The notes below the pieces were generated by a model. That model was not told the DNA's origin and searched no databases. It saw only the letters and a program-made list of their open reading frames with translations. A DNA stretch of 64,000 nucleotides, from positions 26,264-90,263 of the forward strand of contig JAAFIH010000017.1 of NCBI GenBank assembly GCA_013297755.1, read 5' to 3'. Shown piece by piece: positions 20,601-30,943 of the stretch. The stretch's first letter is position 1. Every line of letters starts with the position of its first letter. The stretch comes from Cytophagales bacterium. Its GTDB lineage: Bacteria; Bacteroidota; Bacteroidia; Cytophagales; UBA9547. The translations under genes and the position numbers were made by a program.

Positions 20601-23600
20601 CAAATGGGTACATATTACTGTAACAAAATCTCAAAACACAATTTCAGGATTTATTAATGGAATAAAAAAGGCTTCAATAGAACTAAACAGGAATCTATCA
20701 TTTACAAATGAAATAAACCATATTGCTTATCAAGAATGGTATGGAGGTAGTTCTTCAACTTCTAGATTAAATGGAAATGTTGATGAATTTAGATTATACG
20801 ACCGTGCACTATCAGACTGTGAAATCAAAAAATTGTATGATTGCAATACTGTTTGTAGCCCACCAATTACCAATTGTGCTTCATCAAATGGCTTAGTTGC
20901 TTTTTACCCTTTTGATGGAAATGCAAATGATGCTAGTGGGAATGGAAATAATGGTACAACTAATACTGCTATATTAACTTCTGATCGTTTTGGTATTTTA
21001 AATAGTGCTTATGACTTTAATGGAATTGATAGTAAAATATACACAACAAATAATGTAAATGTTACAACAGCAATTTCCATATCAGCATGGATATATGTAA
21101 GAAACTTAAATAATATATTTACTATTGTTTCTGAAGACAACCCTAGTAGAGGTCCTTATAGCTTCTCTGTTAATCTGCTAAATAATCAATTTGATTACAG
21201 GTTCGGCTTTGCTAACAATGGTAGTTGGTCTGATTATATTTCCCATACCAAAAATTTAGATTACAATAGATGGATACATACTGTTATTACTGCAGGAAAT
21301 GGAAATTTAAGTATTTATTTAGATGGAGTAAAAGTTGAAACTAAAACTACTGTAGGATTAAATATGATTATGAATAGTGATTATATAAAAATCGGATATG
21401 AAAGGTATATTGATTCTTACTCTGATGGAAAAATTGATGATTTACGAATTTATAACAGAGTTTTATCAGATTGCGAAATCAAAAAATTGTATGATTGTAA
21501 TAGTACTTGTAGCTCAGGCTTGGTTGCTCATTACCCTTTTTGCGGAAATGCAAACGATGTAAGTGGGAATAATAATAATGGAAGCGTTTCAGGGGCTACT
21601 TTGACTACTGATAGGTTTGGAAATGAAAATAGTGCCTATAGTTTTAATGGTTTAAATAGCAAAATAACAATTTTAGATAGTCCTATTTTTAAATTTAAGC
21701 AAATTACTATCAATGCTTGGGTAGCACCAGAAAATAATAATGCCATGAGCATTATAGGAAAATCTCGATATTCAAATGCACAGAATGAACAATTTCAATT
21801 GTATATTAACTGGCAGAGTGCAGGAACTTTAGGTATAGCTGTTAAACCAAACCCTTGTAATATACCAGGTGTTTGGGAAAGAGGGTCTGGAATAGCTACG
21901 TTCAGTACAAATAATTGGCAAATGATAACGGGTGTGTATGATGGCTTTACCTTAAAAACTTACTTCAATGGTACTCTTGTTTCTAACACTATTACTACTT
22001 TAAGAGAATTGCAATACTGTGCGAGTGGCGATATCACTATTGGATCTTGGTGGAACAACTCTTTCAATTTCAAAGGCAAAATTGACGATTTAAGTATTTA
22101 CGATAGAGGGCTAACTCAAGCTGAAATCACAGCTTTATACAACGAACCAGCTCCTTGCACAACCCCATCTGGCTTAGTGGCACATTACCCTTTTTGCGGA
22201 AATGCAAACGATGTGAGTGGAAATAATTATAATGGCTCAGTTTTGGGAGCTACTTTAACTACTGATAGGTTTGGAAATGAAAATAGTGCTTATAGTTTTG
22301 ACGGAGTTAGTAAGTATATTACAATTCCAAAACAAAAAATCAAATCAATATCTTTTTGGTTTGATGTTACTGACCTTCAGATTACAGATAATCCAGTTCT
22401 AATGGCAAATTATGATAATATAAATTCTATTCCTGTTCCAAATACAAATTTAATGTTTGGGTTTCAATATTTTATTACTGGAAATGTTTTCTTAAACCCA
22501 GGCTATATTAGTGGACATGGTTTATATTTTTGGGGAGGTTGGAAAGATATTTTCATACCTCATCCCACTTTATCTACTGGGTGGCATCATGTTTCGTTAA
22601 GTATAAATAATAATCAAATTTATTTTATGATAGATGGTAACTTTTATGATGGTTATAAATTTGAAAATAGTACTTGGACAAATAAAATTTCCCAACCTTT
22701 CGTATTTAATGATTCATTTAATAATTTTTCGTTATCAAAATTCATACTGGGTGGATTAATTGACAATTCGTACTTTAAAGGAAAAATAGATGATTTAAAA
22801 TTCTTTGATTACAGCCTTACAACGAGTCAAATGATTGCTTTATACAACGAACCAGCTCCCTGTACAACCCCATCTGGCTTAGTGGCACATTACCCTTTTT
22901 GCGGAAATGCAAACGATGTGAGTGGAAATAATTATAATGGCTCAGTTTTGGGAGCTACTTTAACTACTGATAGGTTTGGAAATGAAAATAGTGCTTATAG
23001 TTTTGATGGAATTGGTGGTTTAGTGAAAGTTAGTAAAAATTATTTTAATTATTCTGATTTTAATCCTTTTAGCATATCAGTGTGGATATATCCAACTGAA
23101 AACACTTCGAAATGGATTTTATTAAAAAATGGCACTTTTGGGATTAAATGGAATGGAATAAACTCTCCAATTGAAGTTTATAATGGGAACAATCCTTATT
23201 TGAGTACAAATAATTCGAATTGGCAATTAAATACTTGGTATAACCTAATTTTGACAGACAATGGTAATGGTATTTTTACTTGCTTTTTAAATGGTACTTT
23301 CGATAAATCAGAATCTAATTCTCCTGGAAGAGTTCCAAACTACATTTTTGAAGTTGGTGGAACTACAGATTCATTTCTAAATAGTTTCTTTAAAGGAAAA
23401 TTAGACGACATCAAAATCTTCAACAAAGCCCTAACTCAAGCTGAAATCACCGCTTTATTTAATGAACCTGCCTACTGCCCAACAAAAACATGTCCGCCAC
23501 TTTCCATCTCTGGTACAAGCTCATTTTGTAAATCTGCTGCAAACAATATACGCACTTATTCAGTAAATCCTATCGCAGGTGGAAGTTATTTTTGGTTTTT

Positions 23601-24702
23601 ATCAGGAAATTATATTGGCTCTGGAAGTAGAATAAACGTAAATTTACAAGAAATTGGAAATTATACCATTACAGCCATTGCTTCTGATACTTGCCAAAAA
23701 ACTGCTTCAAAAGTCATTTCTGTGAATTGTTGCAGTGCACCCTCTAATGTTGAAGCAAATTTTGATGTTTCTAATACTATTTGTGGAAATAAACTATTCA
23801 ACATAACTAATAATTCTACAGGTAATAAATTTGATTGGTATTTTGGAGATTTTGCAGTTCCTAAAACTTTTTCAGGTTATAATCCACCCCAAGTTTTTTA
23901 TCAAAACTCTTCATTAGAATTTATTAAACTTGTTGTTAGCAATAATTGTGGTTTAGTCGATAGTTTTTCAAGAGAAATTCTTATCCTTCAAACTCCAGTG
24001 GCCATAGCAGGCAACGACATAAGTATTTGCGGTATGAATGATAATTTTGTAGGAACTACAAATATTTGGGAATATAATTATAAATGGACTCCAGAAAATG
24101 CCGTTGAAAATCCATTTATTGCAAATCCAAAATTGACAAAAAATTATGTTGGCAAAATTTATTTGCAAGTTAGTTCACTAAACTCTCCAAATTGTATAGC
24201 TATTGATTCGCTAAATGTAATAAAATTAGATTCAACTTTTACTACAAATTTGCCTAAAATAATCAACTCTATTTGTGAAGATGTAGTTTTAAATCCACAA
24301 TCAAGTCTTATTTCCAATCGCTATTTGTGGAATACTGGTAGTACTTTGCCAGGTATAAAAGCTGTTAATTCTGGTTTATATTTTGTGAAAACATACAATA
24401 AATGTGAAGAGAAATTAGATTCAGTGCAGGTTAATATTCAAAGACCTATCGAAAAAATACCTAATATTATTACCCCTAATGGAGATACTTTTAATGATTT
24501 CTTAGAATTTTTTGGCTGCTATTACGAACAAACGCCATTTTCGATTCAGATTTTTAGTAGATATGGTATTAAAGTATATCAATCTGATAACTATAAAAAT
24601 AATTGGAATGGAGAAGGATTGCCAGATGGTATTTATTATTATTCAACTGAAAATCTCAAAACTAAAGAAATTAAAAAGAGCTGGATTCAAATTTTAAGGT
24701 AA
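17614..24702 (+). CDS. giant secreted S8 subtilisin-like peptidase with PKD and multiple LamG/ConA-like lectin domains and a T9SS type B sorting domain
   Basis: Catalytic triad contexts VVDDAV, HGTHCAG, SGTSMACP. At least six repeats begin LVA(Y/H)YPF(D/C)GNANDxSGN and end DD(L/I)RIYNRALS. The C-terminus IPNIITPNGDTFNDFL is the gliding-motility/T9SS type B CTD motif. Confidence 0.85.
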   Translation: MKRILGIFLVFVSIITFGIDSSTKSNEIYLKIKENTDIDLEAYFFKKIKNPNPSKDSDIQSIFKIFDNYQVTESKKAFKINSPTFNRTYRITFRDSTQIDLFLTALNNNKWIEYAEKIPIYKSFYTPNDLHPNQWYLSKINATQAWDLSVGSQKVVIAVVDDAVRLDHQDIAPNLWVNPNEIAGNSIDDDGNGYVDDINGYDVADNDNNPSTTDEEKTHGTHCAGIAGAKSNNGFGIASISSNCKIMAVKCTSDSDFGPTLPYADVGLAYAINAKPNVISLSWGSYSYSQTIQNLINNAYNAGIIVVAAAGNDNSSILMYPASYNNVISVGATNSSDIKASFSNFGSKIDVMAPGQNIWSSMSSSTSDFDYLSGTSMACPLVAGLCGLMKATEQNASNVLIEACLKSSATNIDVINPGFSNKLGSGRIDALKALQCISGKPLVDFITTTTSACVGQPITFLDKSFGQNITNYSWTFIGANITTSTLKNPVIIYSNPGTYSVILAVTNLKGNSTLVKTNYINIKRPLARISGTETIVRGQQTPLIINFNGNPPYSFTLSDGTTNTPISNIFSNPHFRFVAPNSTRNYTISNFSDASCVGSATGIAMITVSTVASPPPPITTPGNNCVSSDGLVAYYPFDGNANDMSGNGNNSPFFNSSFNSIGRLGLPNTALSFTGSNLLAINNTLGNFGTGDFAFSFWFNSKDVNKVNRFFAKRQNDDFDNYFSVQVSNGKLYIETSENIFRYYVIESSSIIQNNTWYHVVAQRKNNELFIYLNSNLANSNLINGSKQSININNNFDFLIGNARLTNGSPFNQGLFGGIEDIRIYNRALSDCEIKKLYDCNSTCSEPVSCAATNGLVAYYPFDGNANDASGNGRHGTLPSGNSISYEAGKELQSVRFNNSNHITAFDKKDYITLPNLSTNDLTFSFWHLFTSTAGQSFGSCPIYQIGIESNIGLSLGIRKNNISNKLDVLITNFYNVGNPLNQFYELSLGYIPDNTKWVHITVTKSQNTISGFINGIKKASIELNRNLSFTNEINHIAYQEWYGGSSSTSRLNGNVDEFRLYDRALSDCEIKKLYDCNTVCSPPITNCASSNGLVAFYPFDGNANDASGNGNNGTTNTAILTSDRFGILNSAYDFNGIDSKIYTTNNVNVTTAISISAWIYVRNLNNIFTIVSEDNPSRGPYSFSVNLLNNQFDYRFGFANNGSWSDYISHTKNLDYNRWIHTVITAGNGNLSIYLDGVKVETKTTVGLNMIMNSDYIKIGYERYIDSYSDGKIDDLRIYNRVLSDCEIKKLYDCNSTCSSGLVAHYPFCGNANDVSGNNNNGSVSGATLTTDRFGNENSAYSFNGLNSKITILDSPIFKFKQITINAWVAPENNNAMSIIGKSRYSNAQNEQFQLYINWQSAGTLGIAVKPNPCNIPGVWERGSGIATFSTNNWQMITGVYDGFTLKTYFNGTLVSNTITTLRELQYCASGDITIGSWWNNSFNFKGKIDDLSIYDRGLTQAEITALYNEPAPCTTPSGLVAHYPFCGNANDVSGNNYNGSVLGATLTTDRFGNENSAYSFDGVSKYITIPKQKIKSISFWFDVTDLQITDNPVLMANYDNINSIPVPNTNLMFGFQYFITGNVFLNPGYISGHGLYFWGGWKDIFIPHPTLSTGWHHVSLSINNNQIYFMIDGNFYDGYKFENSTWTNKISQPFVFNDSFNNFSLSKFILGGLIDNSYFKGKIDDLKFFDYSLTTSQMIALYNEPAPCTTPSGLVAHYPFCGNANDVSGNNYNGSVLGATLTTDRFGNENSAYSFDGIGGLVKVSKNYFNYSDFNPFSISVWIYPTENTSKWILLKNGTFGIKWNGINSPIEVYNGNNPYLSTNNSNWQLNTWYNLILTDNGNGIFTCFLNGTFDKSESNSPGRVPNYIFEVGGTTDSFLNSFFKGKLDDIKIFNKALTQAEITALFNEPAYCPTKTCPPLSISGTSSFCKSAANNIRTYSVNPIAGGSYFWFLSGNYIGSGSRINVNLQEIGNYTITAIASDTCQKTASKVISVNCCSAPSNVEANFDVSNTICGNKLFNITNNSTGNKFDWYFGDFAVPKTFSGYNPPQVFYQNSSLEFIKLVVSNNCGLVDSFSREILILQTPVAIAGNDISICGMNDNFVGTTNIWEYNYKWTPENAVENPFIANPKLTKNYVGKIYLQVSSLNSPNCIAIDSLNVIKLDSTFTTNLPKIINSICEDVVLNPQSSLISNRYLWNTGSTLPGIKAVNSGLYFVKTYNKCEEKLDSVQVNIQRPIEKIPNIITPNGDTFNDFLEFFGCYYEQTPFSIQIFSRYGIKVYQSDNYKNNWNGEGLPDGIYYYSTENLKTKEIKKSWIQILR

Positions 24703-24772
24703 GAAAGTAACAATCGATTCACACACTTTTTTTATGTATTTTTTTTGAATATTTTAATAAATTCTGAAATAA

Positions 24773-25108
24773 TTACATATATCCAAGTTCCAACTTTGCC
24801 GTTTCCGACATCATATCTTGGCTCCAAGGTGGGTCAAAGGTTATTTCTACATTTACCTCATTGAATATACCTAGTTCTACGATTTTTGTTTTAGCCTCGT
24901 TGGGCAACTCTTGGGCCGAAGGACAAGCGGGTGATGTCAGTGTCATACTCACATAACAATTATTGACAGGATAAATATTGACTTCATATATCAACCCTAA
25001 TTCAAAAATATTAACTGGAATTTCGGGATCATAAACCGTTTGCAATGCTTCTACGGCTTTATCTCGTTTTTGATCGTCTGTGAGTGCGAGGCTTATTGAT
25101 TCTTCCAC
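24773..25108 (-). CDS. DUF59 / SufT-like Fe-S assembly protein
   Basis: DPEIPVNIFELGLIY ... TLTSPACP motif, 111 aa. Confidence 0.8.
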   Translation of the reverse strand: MEESISLALTDDQKRDKAVEALQTVYDPEIPVNIFELGLIYEVNIYPVNNCYVSMTLTSPACPSAQELPNEAKTKIVELGIFNEVNVEITFDPPWSQDMMSETAKLELGYM

Positions 25109-25159
25109 TTTATTGATTTTTAGTAATAGTTTTTAATTTACTCTAATGTTTAAAATAAC

Positions 25160-25873
25160 TTACTTAGTGTTTTCTACATCACTTTGTTTTAATAACATTT
25201 CGTGGTGAGGCGGACATTTAATTTTGTAAAAAGTATAAGAAATATTGACTCCAAAATAGTGCATCCAATCGTTATTGGCCAAATCAGCACTTCGTACATG
25301 AGGTTTAACTTTTACTGGATTTGAGCCATCAATACCATCTAATTTATCAGTATACAATACACTACACTCGTATTTTGCTCCAATATTCCAATTTTTGTTC
25401 AACATATATTTTACTCCAAACCCAAAAGGTATGGTAGGATAAGCTGGCAATTTGGGTGGATTTACAAAATCTGATTGCATTGAAAATATAGCTACACCTA
25501 CACCTGCAGTAAGATATGGCGAAAATCTTACTTTTCTTTTAAGATCTCTAAAATCCAAAAAATTATATTCTACATTGGCAGTAATCTGAAAAACATTTGT
25601 CTTAAATCCATAGTTTCTTACTTTTGAAATTACATCTGAATTATAAGTATCGTTGCCAGAAATCATCAAATATTTAGCATCTCCTCTTACAACCCATACA
25701 TGGTTGAAATTGTATCTACAAAAGACATCGGCCCCAATGCGAGAATTTAATATATTAAAGTTGGATACATCGTTTCTGCTATTGGTGGTGGCCAATCCTC
25801 CTCCAATTTCCCAATGCTGACACAAAGCCATAAAATGAATAAGTAATAATATTTTTAGAATATATTTTTTCAT
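25160..25873 (-). CDS. outer-membrane beta-barrel protein (DUF6089-like)
   Basis: Signal peptide, alternating beta-strand pattern, and an aromatic C-terminal strand (NISYTFYKI). Confidence 0.5.
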   Translation of the reverse strand: MKKYILKILLLIHFMALCQHWEIGGGLATTNSRNDVSNFNILNSRIGADVFCRYNFNHVWVVRGDAKYLMISGNDTYNSDVISKVRNYGFKTNVFQITANVEYNFLDFRDLKRKVRFSPYLTAGVGVAIFSMQSDFVNPPKLPAYPTIPFGFGVKYMLNKNWNIGAKYECSVLYTDKLDGIDGSNPVKVKPHVRSADLANNDWMHYFGVNISYTFYKIKCPPHHEMLLKQSDVENTK

Positions 25874-25908
25874 ATTGTTTTAAACGAATCCTAATACATT
25901 AAATTGTA

Positions 25909-26844
25909 CTAATTGAAGATTATTTTTTTAATTTTATTAATCAAAGCAGCATTTATTTTTTCGTAAGATTCTACCGTCCAACCTGCAATGTGTGGCGTTA
26001 GTAATACTTTTTTGTTGGTTACTAATCGATTGAAAAGTTCTGGTTGGGTAGTTTTAAAATTATCAATTTTTTCGTTTTCGAGCACATCAAGGGCAGCACC
26101 TATTACTTTTCCTTCGTCTATTTTGTTGAGCAAATGAGCTAAATTTACCACAGGCCCTCGTGAGGTATTGATAAGCCAAATTTTCTTTTTAAATTTTTCT
26201 AAATAACTAGCATTTACCAAATGTTGGGTATGATATGTAAGAGGTATATGAAGACTAAGAATATCAGTTTGTTGATAAATTTCATCCATAGTTGTTTCGT
26301 TGGCATAGGCATCGCCATAAAAAGCATGGTTGATATCAAAAGCTAAAATCTTACAATCAAAAGCAGCCAGTCTTTTGGCTAGTGCTTTGCCAGTGTGTCC
26401 ATAACCAATAATTGAAACAGTTTTGCCACCAATTTCATATCCACGATTGGCCTCACGTTTCCAGATACCTTGTCTTATTTCTGCATCTGCGGTGTGCATT
26501 TTGTTCAATAATGCCAACATCATACCAATGGTGTGTTCGGCTACTGCATCTCTGTTGCCTTCTGGGGCATTGAGCAAAATAATGTTTCTTTTTTTTACTT
26601 CTTCTTCTACTATTTGATCAAGGCCTGCACCTGCACGAGCTATAAATTTTAGTTTTGTGGCTTTATCTAAAATTTCTTTTCCCACAAATATCTTACTTCT
26701 TACTACCAAACCTACATAGTCTGCAATACACAAAAGTACTTCACTTTCAGTAATATTTGGCTTGTAATCTACATCAAAACCTATATCAATTAAGCTAGGT
26801 ATGATGCTATGGTGCATATCATCTATAATCAGAACCTTGTCCAT
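25909..26844 (-). CDS. D-isomer-specific 2-hydroxyacid dehydrogenase family protein
   Basis: NAD-binding GYGHTGKALAKRL, with catalytic region LINTSRGPVV ... LTPHIAGWT. Confidence 0.85.
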   Translation of the reverse strand: MDKVLIIDDMHHSIIPSLIDIGFDVDYKPNITESEVLLCIADYVGLVVRSKIFVGKEILDKATKLKFIARAGAGLDQIVEEEVKKRNIILLNAPEGNRDAVAEHTIGMMLALLNKMHTADAEIRQGIWKREANRGYEIGGKTVSIIGYGHTGKALAKRLAAFDCKILAFDINHAFYGDAYANETTMDEIYQQTDILSLHIPLTYHTQHLVNASYLEKFKKKIWLINTSRGPVVNLAHLLNKIDEGKVIGAALDVLENEKIDNFKTTQPELFNRLVTNKKVLLTPHIAGWTVESYEKINAALINKIKKIIFN

Positions 26845-26850
26845 TAAAAA

Positions 26851-27312
26851 TTATTTACTTTTATTATTTCTGAATTTATCTAATATTTTGTTGGTCTGTT
26901 CAACTTCTTTTTCTGTGAGTACATGTATACTTTGTTGGTATTCAGCTAGCGGTACATCAATTTGCGAAAGCAACTCTAGTCCTGTTTGATTAATTGAAAT
27001 GTCTATCAATCTTTTATCTTGTGAAGATACATTTCTATTTACTAATTTCTTACCAACCAACTTATCAAGTATTCTCGAACAATTCGATGATTTTTCTATC
27101 ATTCGTTCGGCAATCAATGAAAGTGAGCAAGTGTTAGGATACTGCCCACGCAATATTCTAAGTACATTATATTGTTCGTTGGTGAGATTATATTTTCTAA
27201 ACAATCGCCCATGATTTACGTGCAACCAGCTGCTAGTAAACATAATATTGATGATTAACTTTTCAATATTTGTTGTAAATTTTTTTAATACGATTTCATC
27301 TTCTAAATTCAT
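26851..27312 (-). CDS. MarR family transcriptional regulator
   Basis: Winged-HTH core LTNEQYNVLRIL ... SSNCSRILDKLVGKKLVNR ... DKRLIDISI. Confidence 0.8.
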   Translation of the reverse strand: MNLEDEIVLKKFTTNIEKLIINIMFTSSWLHVNHGRLFRKYNLTNEQYNVLRILRGQYPNTCSLSLIAERMIEKSSNCSRILDKLVGKKLVNRNVSSQDKRLIDISINQTGLELLSQIDVPLAEYQQSIHVLTEKEVEQTNKILDKFRNNKSK

Positions 27313-27332
27313 ATTTATTACTTATATATATA

Positions 27333-27977
27333 TTACCAATCTTTAGTTTTTATAACAGGAGCATCTTGTAAACTATCTTTGATTTGAGGTTTCACTACTT
27401 GAATTTTATATTTTTTCATTTCTAATTTTAAATTGGCTTCTTGGGCTTCTATTTTCTTTTTTAGGTTATATCTGTGGTTTTCCCAAGCACCTTGATGCCC
27501 CCCAAATCGTTCGTTTTCTAAACCTTTGTAGCGACCAGATATGGGGTAATATTTAAAATCTTTTTTATCTTGTTGATATTCTAAAAACACAAAATCTGTA
27601 AATGTATATCTGTATTTTTTTTCTTTTACATCAATCGAAACTTTGTAAGAAATTTTGCCATGAGGGTATTTAGAAACCATAGATTCTATATAGACCATAT
27701 AGCTTACAGATGCTTCGATAGTGCCATAGAGGTATTGTTCGTCAGTGATTTTGTCGCCTTTTTCGTTTAAAATACTCTTGAGCCACACTTTAGCATTTTG
27801 CCAAAGAGTATCTCTCGCTGGTAGCGAATCTGATGCTACAATACCCAAAAATATGATTTTTCCGTTTTCGTCTTTTTTAAATGTTGTTTCAGATTCATAT
27901 TTCTTTTTTTTGAATGTGTACCATTGAGCATGTGTAGTCAATCCCAAAAATAGTAATAATATTAAAATTTTATTCAT
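27333..27977 (-). CDS. secreted hypothetical protein
   Basis: Signal peptide MNKILILLLFLGLTTHAQ. No family was confidently recognised. Confidence 0.4.
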   Translation of the reverse strand: MNKILILLLFLGLTTHAQWYTFKKKKYESETTFKKDENGKIIFLGIVASDSLPARDTLWQNAKVWLKSILNEKGDKITDEQYLYGTIEASVSYMVYIESMVSKYPHGKISYKVSIDVKEKKYRYTFTDFVFLEYQQDKKDFKYYPISGRYKGLENERFGGHQGAWENHRYNLKKKIEAQEANLKLEMKKYKIQVVKPQIKDSLQDAPVIKTKDW

Positions 27978-28335
27978 TAAATTGCATTAATATTTCGTAA
28001 AAATACAAATAATCTGTCATAGATTTATTAAAAAACAAGAATTTATTAAGAAATTTACTTTTAAAATTAATAAATTGAAAATAAAAATCTAAAAAAGTTT
28101 TAATACATTATTTCATTAAAAATTAGGCTTCAAAATTATAAAATAAGCTCATTTTTTAACTATTAATCCAATAAAATAACGCTTTTAATTAAATTGTAGT
28201 TTAATTAAAAAGTATTTTTTTTGTATAATTTCAAAAATTATTTTTCATCAAAATATCCCAATAAGACATTTTCATTGTGCAATGTAGTTGTTGTGTATTA
28301 AATTTGTAACATGTTTAACCTTAATTAATTAATTT

Positions 28336-30789
28336 ATGTTCAATTCAACTACGTTTCTCAAGCTGAGAAATAAATTATGTTCAATCACGGCATCTGCAGC
28401 CCTTTTTGCTTTTAGTGCAAATGCAGAAGACAATAACCCTACGCTCTGTGGCGGTATTTTAGCTACCATACCAGGTGGTATGGGTATAGTAACTACTGCT
28501 GGACCTGCAAGTGGTGTATATGAGGGAGGAATAATGCCTATGGCAACGCTTACATTTACATCTTCGTTTATGCCAGACCCAATGAACCCTTCTAGTCCCT
28601 CTTTTAAGGTTGTAATTGATGGAGTTTTACAAAATAATGCACAACCATCCGGCACTAATATTTTTGTAATATCTCAAAATGCTAGCTTGGTTGGCACAAA
28701 AACCTACTCTGTAGTTATTGCACAACAAGAGCAAACAGAACAAACTTGGTGCTACAAAACTGCTACTGGTATTTCTATTATTATAACTCAAGCTGCTTGT
28801 CAGTCTATTACATCTGTATCTTTTTCGGCAGATAAAAATGCAGTTACTTTGGTTGGAGATGATATGAACAAAATGCAATATAATGAACAAATTATACCAA
28901 CTATTGTCGGAGGTAATTTTTTAGAAGCAATGCCTATTACCGATGGTTTAGAAGGGGCATTTCAGCCTTTTGATATAGCATTTAGTAGACTAAACTATGG
29001 TGCTTCTTTTCAAGATGGTTCTACAACTAAAACTTATGCTTACAAATTTAGAAACTCTTGTAGCACTGTAACTTCTAATGTCTTGAGTTTGACAGTAACC
29101 ACTGTGGCAAGTTTGCCATGCGACCCTATCAATTTTGTAGGATCAAATGCACCAACAACTATACCAGGTTTGTTGCAAGGAAATCAATTACAAGCAAATT
29201 TGAATGTAAACACAACTTTTAGTGGTAATAATTTGCAATATGCTTGGAGCTTAAACGGACAACCCGTAATGCAACCTATGGCTTCTGCTGATTTTAATAT
29301 ATCCTCAGAACTAACGATTGGAACTAATAACTATACAGTTACGGTTTCGGCAGGTGGTGTTTGTAGTGCTTCTGTAACACCAGTGGTACAATCATTTTCA
29401 GTAAATGTAATTACAGTTACTGCTTTGCCATGTCAAGCTGCTCCAACTATTTTTGAATTTGGATTTGATATTGGTGGCGGAAATAGAGTAAATTCTACAA
29501 CTATTACTCAATGTGGCAATGGTGGCATATCACACAATGTAGGTGTGGGAAGCGAAGGTCCAAACGATGTAAATGGCTTACGATTTATATATTATAAAGA
29601 CCAGATAGAAATTGGTAGAAATTATAGTAATTATTTCAACATTTCAACATCTACAGCAGGCACAAGTATATATACCATGCAAGCAATTAATAATTGTGGT
29701 ACTACCACATCGCCTTTAAACTTAAACACATCTATTACTATTCAAGGTAATTTAACATCATGTGGAAATAATAATGGTGGTGGAAACGGTGGTGGCAATG
29801 GTACTGGTTCTGGTGTAAATTGTTCAAAACCTACTGTAACTGGTATTGGTCAAACTTCGTTGAATGTTACAATCTTTGGCACAGCCATGTACACGGTATC
29901 TGCAACGACAGAAACAGGTAGTATCACTGGTTATGTTTGGTATAAAGCCTTGCCAGGAGTTGTACCACCGCTTACAAACTCAAGTCAAGTTACTACAATT
30001 TTTGGTAGAACCAATACACTCAATATTATGTATGCCACAGCAGATGATGCAGGTTACTATGCTGTATCTGCCATAAACTCATGTGGACGAGATAGTGCTC
30101 CTCATTTCTTTGATATTTCTGTAAATACAGTAGTAGCTCCAGGTTTTGTGCCATCTTTGCCAGCAGTGGCTACCAAAGATTTGGGTGGAGATTTTTCAAT
30201 ACCATTTACTACGCCAGGTTTTGTAGTACCTATTGACGATTCTGGTGATTTTGATTTGGTTTGGGAAAATGTAGTAGGCGTAAATACCGCCAATGGCGAT
30301 ACATATTGTGTACTATTATCAGTAACACCAGATTTTGCTAAAACTTATGAAATTTGTGGACTTACTGCTCCTGGTGTATCAATGACAACAGCTCAATTAA
30401 ACAGTATTGCTGGTATATTGAAACCAAATCTTAGAGAAGAAGCCACTGCAACTACCCAAGAATATTACTATAAAGTAGCACCAGTGGTAAATAATTATAA
30501 AGCGGCTTATTCAGCACCTGCCAAAAAAGCATATCAAAGTGCAAGTTTACAAAGTGTAACTGGCTTGGCATTGGCTCAATCTGATAAAAATTCGGATGTG
30601 GTAGTTTATCCAAATCCTAACAATGGTAGTTTTATGGTAGTAGCTTCTGGTAATGTAGTAATATATAATGTACTAGGCTCAAAAGTTCAATCTTTTGTAG
30701 CCTCTGGTGCTACACAAGTATCTGGCTTGGCACAAGGCATATATATTCTATCTACTGAAACCAAAAAAGTAAAAATAGTTGTTGAATAA
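28336..30789 (+). CDS. secreted Ig-like repeat protein with a T9SS type A C-terminal sorting domain
   Basis: Signal peptide, repeated Cys-bounded Ig-like modules, a Gly/Asn run (NNNGGGNGGGNGTGSG), and C-terminus VVVYPNPNNGSFMV...GIYILSTETKKVKIVVE. Confidence 0.7.
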   Translation: MFNSTTFLKLRNKLCSITASAALFAFSANAEDNNPTLCGGILATIPGGMGIVTTAGPASGVYEGGIMPMATLTFTSSFMPDPMNPSSPSFKVVIDGVLQNNAQPSGTNIFVISQNASLVGTKTYSVVIAQQEQTEQTWCYKTATGISIIITQAACQSITSVSFSADKNAVTLVGDDMNKMQYNEQIIPTIVGGNFLEAMPITDGLEGAFQPFDIAFSRLNYGASFQDGSTTKTYAYKFRNSCSTVTSNVLSLTVTTVASLPCDPINFVGSNAPTTIPGLLQGNQLQANLNVNTTFSGNNLQYAWSLNGQPVMQPMASADFNISSELTIGTNNYTVTVSAGGVCSASVTPVVQSFSVNVITVTALPCQAAPTIFEFGFDIGGGNRVNSTTITQCGNGGISHNVGVGSEGPNDVNGLRFIYYKDQIEIGRNYSNYFNISTSTAGTSIYTMQAINNCGTTTSPLNLNTSITIQGNLTSCGNNNGGGNGGGNGTGSGVNCSKPTVTGIGQTSLNVTIFGTAMYTVSATTETGSITGYVWYKALPGVVPPLTNSSQVTTIFGRTNTLNIMYATADDAGYYAVSAINSCGRDSAPHFFDISVNTVVAPGFVPSLPAVATKDLGGDFSIPFTTPGFVVPIDDSGDFDLVWENVVGVNTANGDTYCVLLSVTPDFAKTYEICGLTAPGVSMTTAQLNSIAGILKPNLREEATATTQEYYYKVAPVVNNYKAAYSAPAKKAYQSASLQSVTGLALAQSDKNSDVVVYPNPNNGSFMVVASGNVVIYNVLGSKVQSFVASGATQVSGLAQGIYILSTETKKVKIVVE

Positions 30790-30799
30790 TGGTAAATGA

Positions 30800-30865
30800 T
30801 TAATTGTTAATTGTTAATTGTTAATTGTTAATGGTTAATTGTTAATTGTTAATGGTTAATTGTTA
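30800..30865. repeat. heptanucleotide tandem array (TTAATTG)x9
   Basis: Read directly: nine consecutive TTAATTG/TTAATGG units starting 11 nt after the stop codon. Confidence 0.9.
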
Positions 30866-30871
30866 AAAAAA

Positions 30872-30897
30872 AGCCTCAAGAAATTGAGGCTTTTTTT
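30872..30897 (+). terminator. Rho-independent terminator
   Basis: AGCCTCAA-gaaa-TTGAGGCT followed by T7. Confidence 0.75.
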
Positions 30898-30943
30898 ATC
30901 AATAATATGCTAGATTCATAATTTATAACTCATAATTTATAAC

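Noticed and set aside
28329-28890. Minus-strand ORFs overlapping the 5' end of the 817-aa cargo gene (28329-28655, 28627-28890)
   Set aside because: They are antisense shadows of a well-supported plus-strand gene that has a signal peptide and a T9SS CTD.
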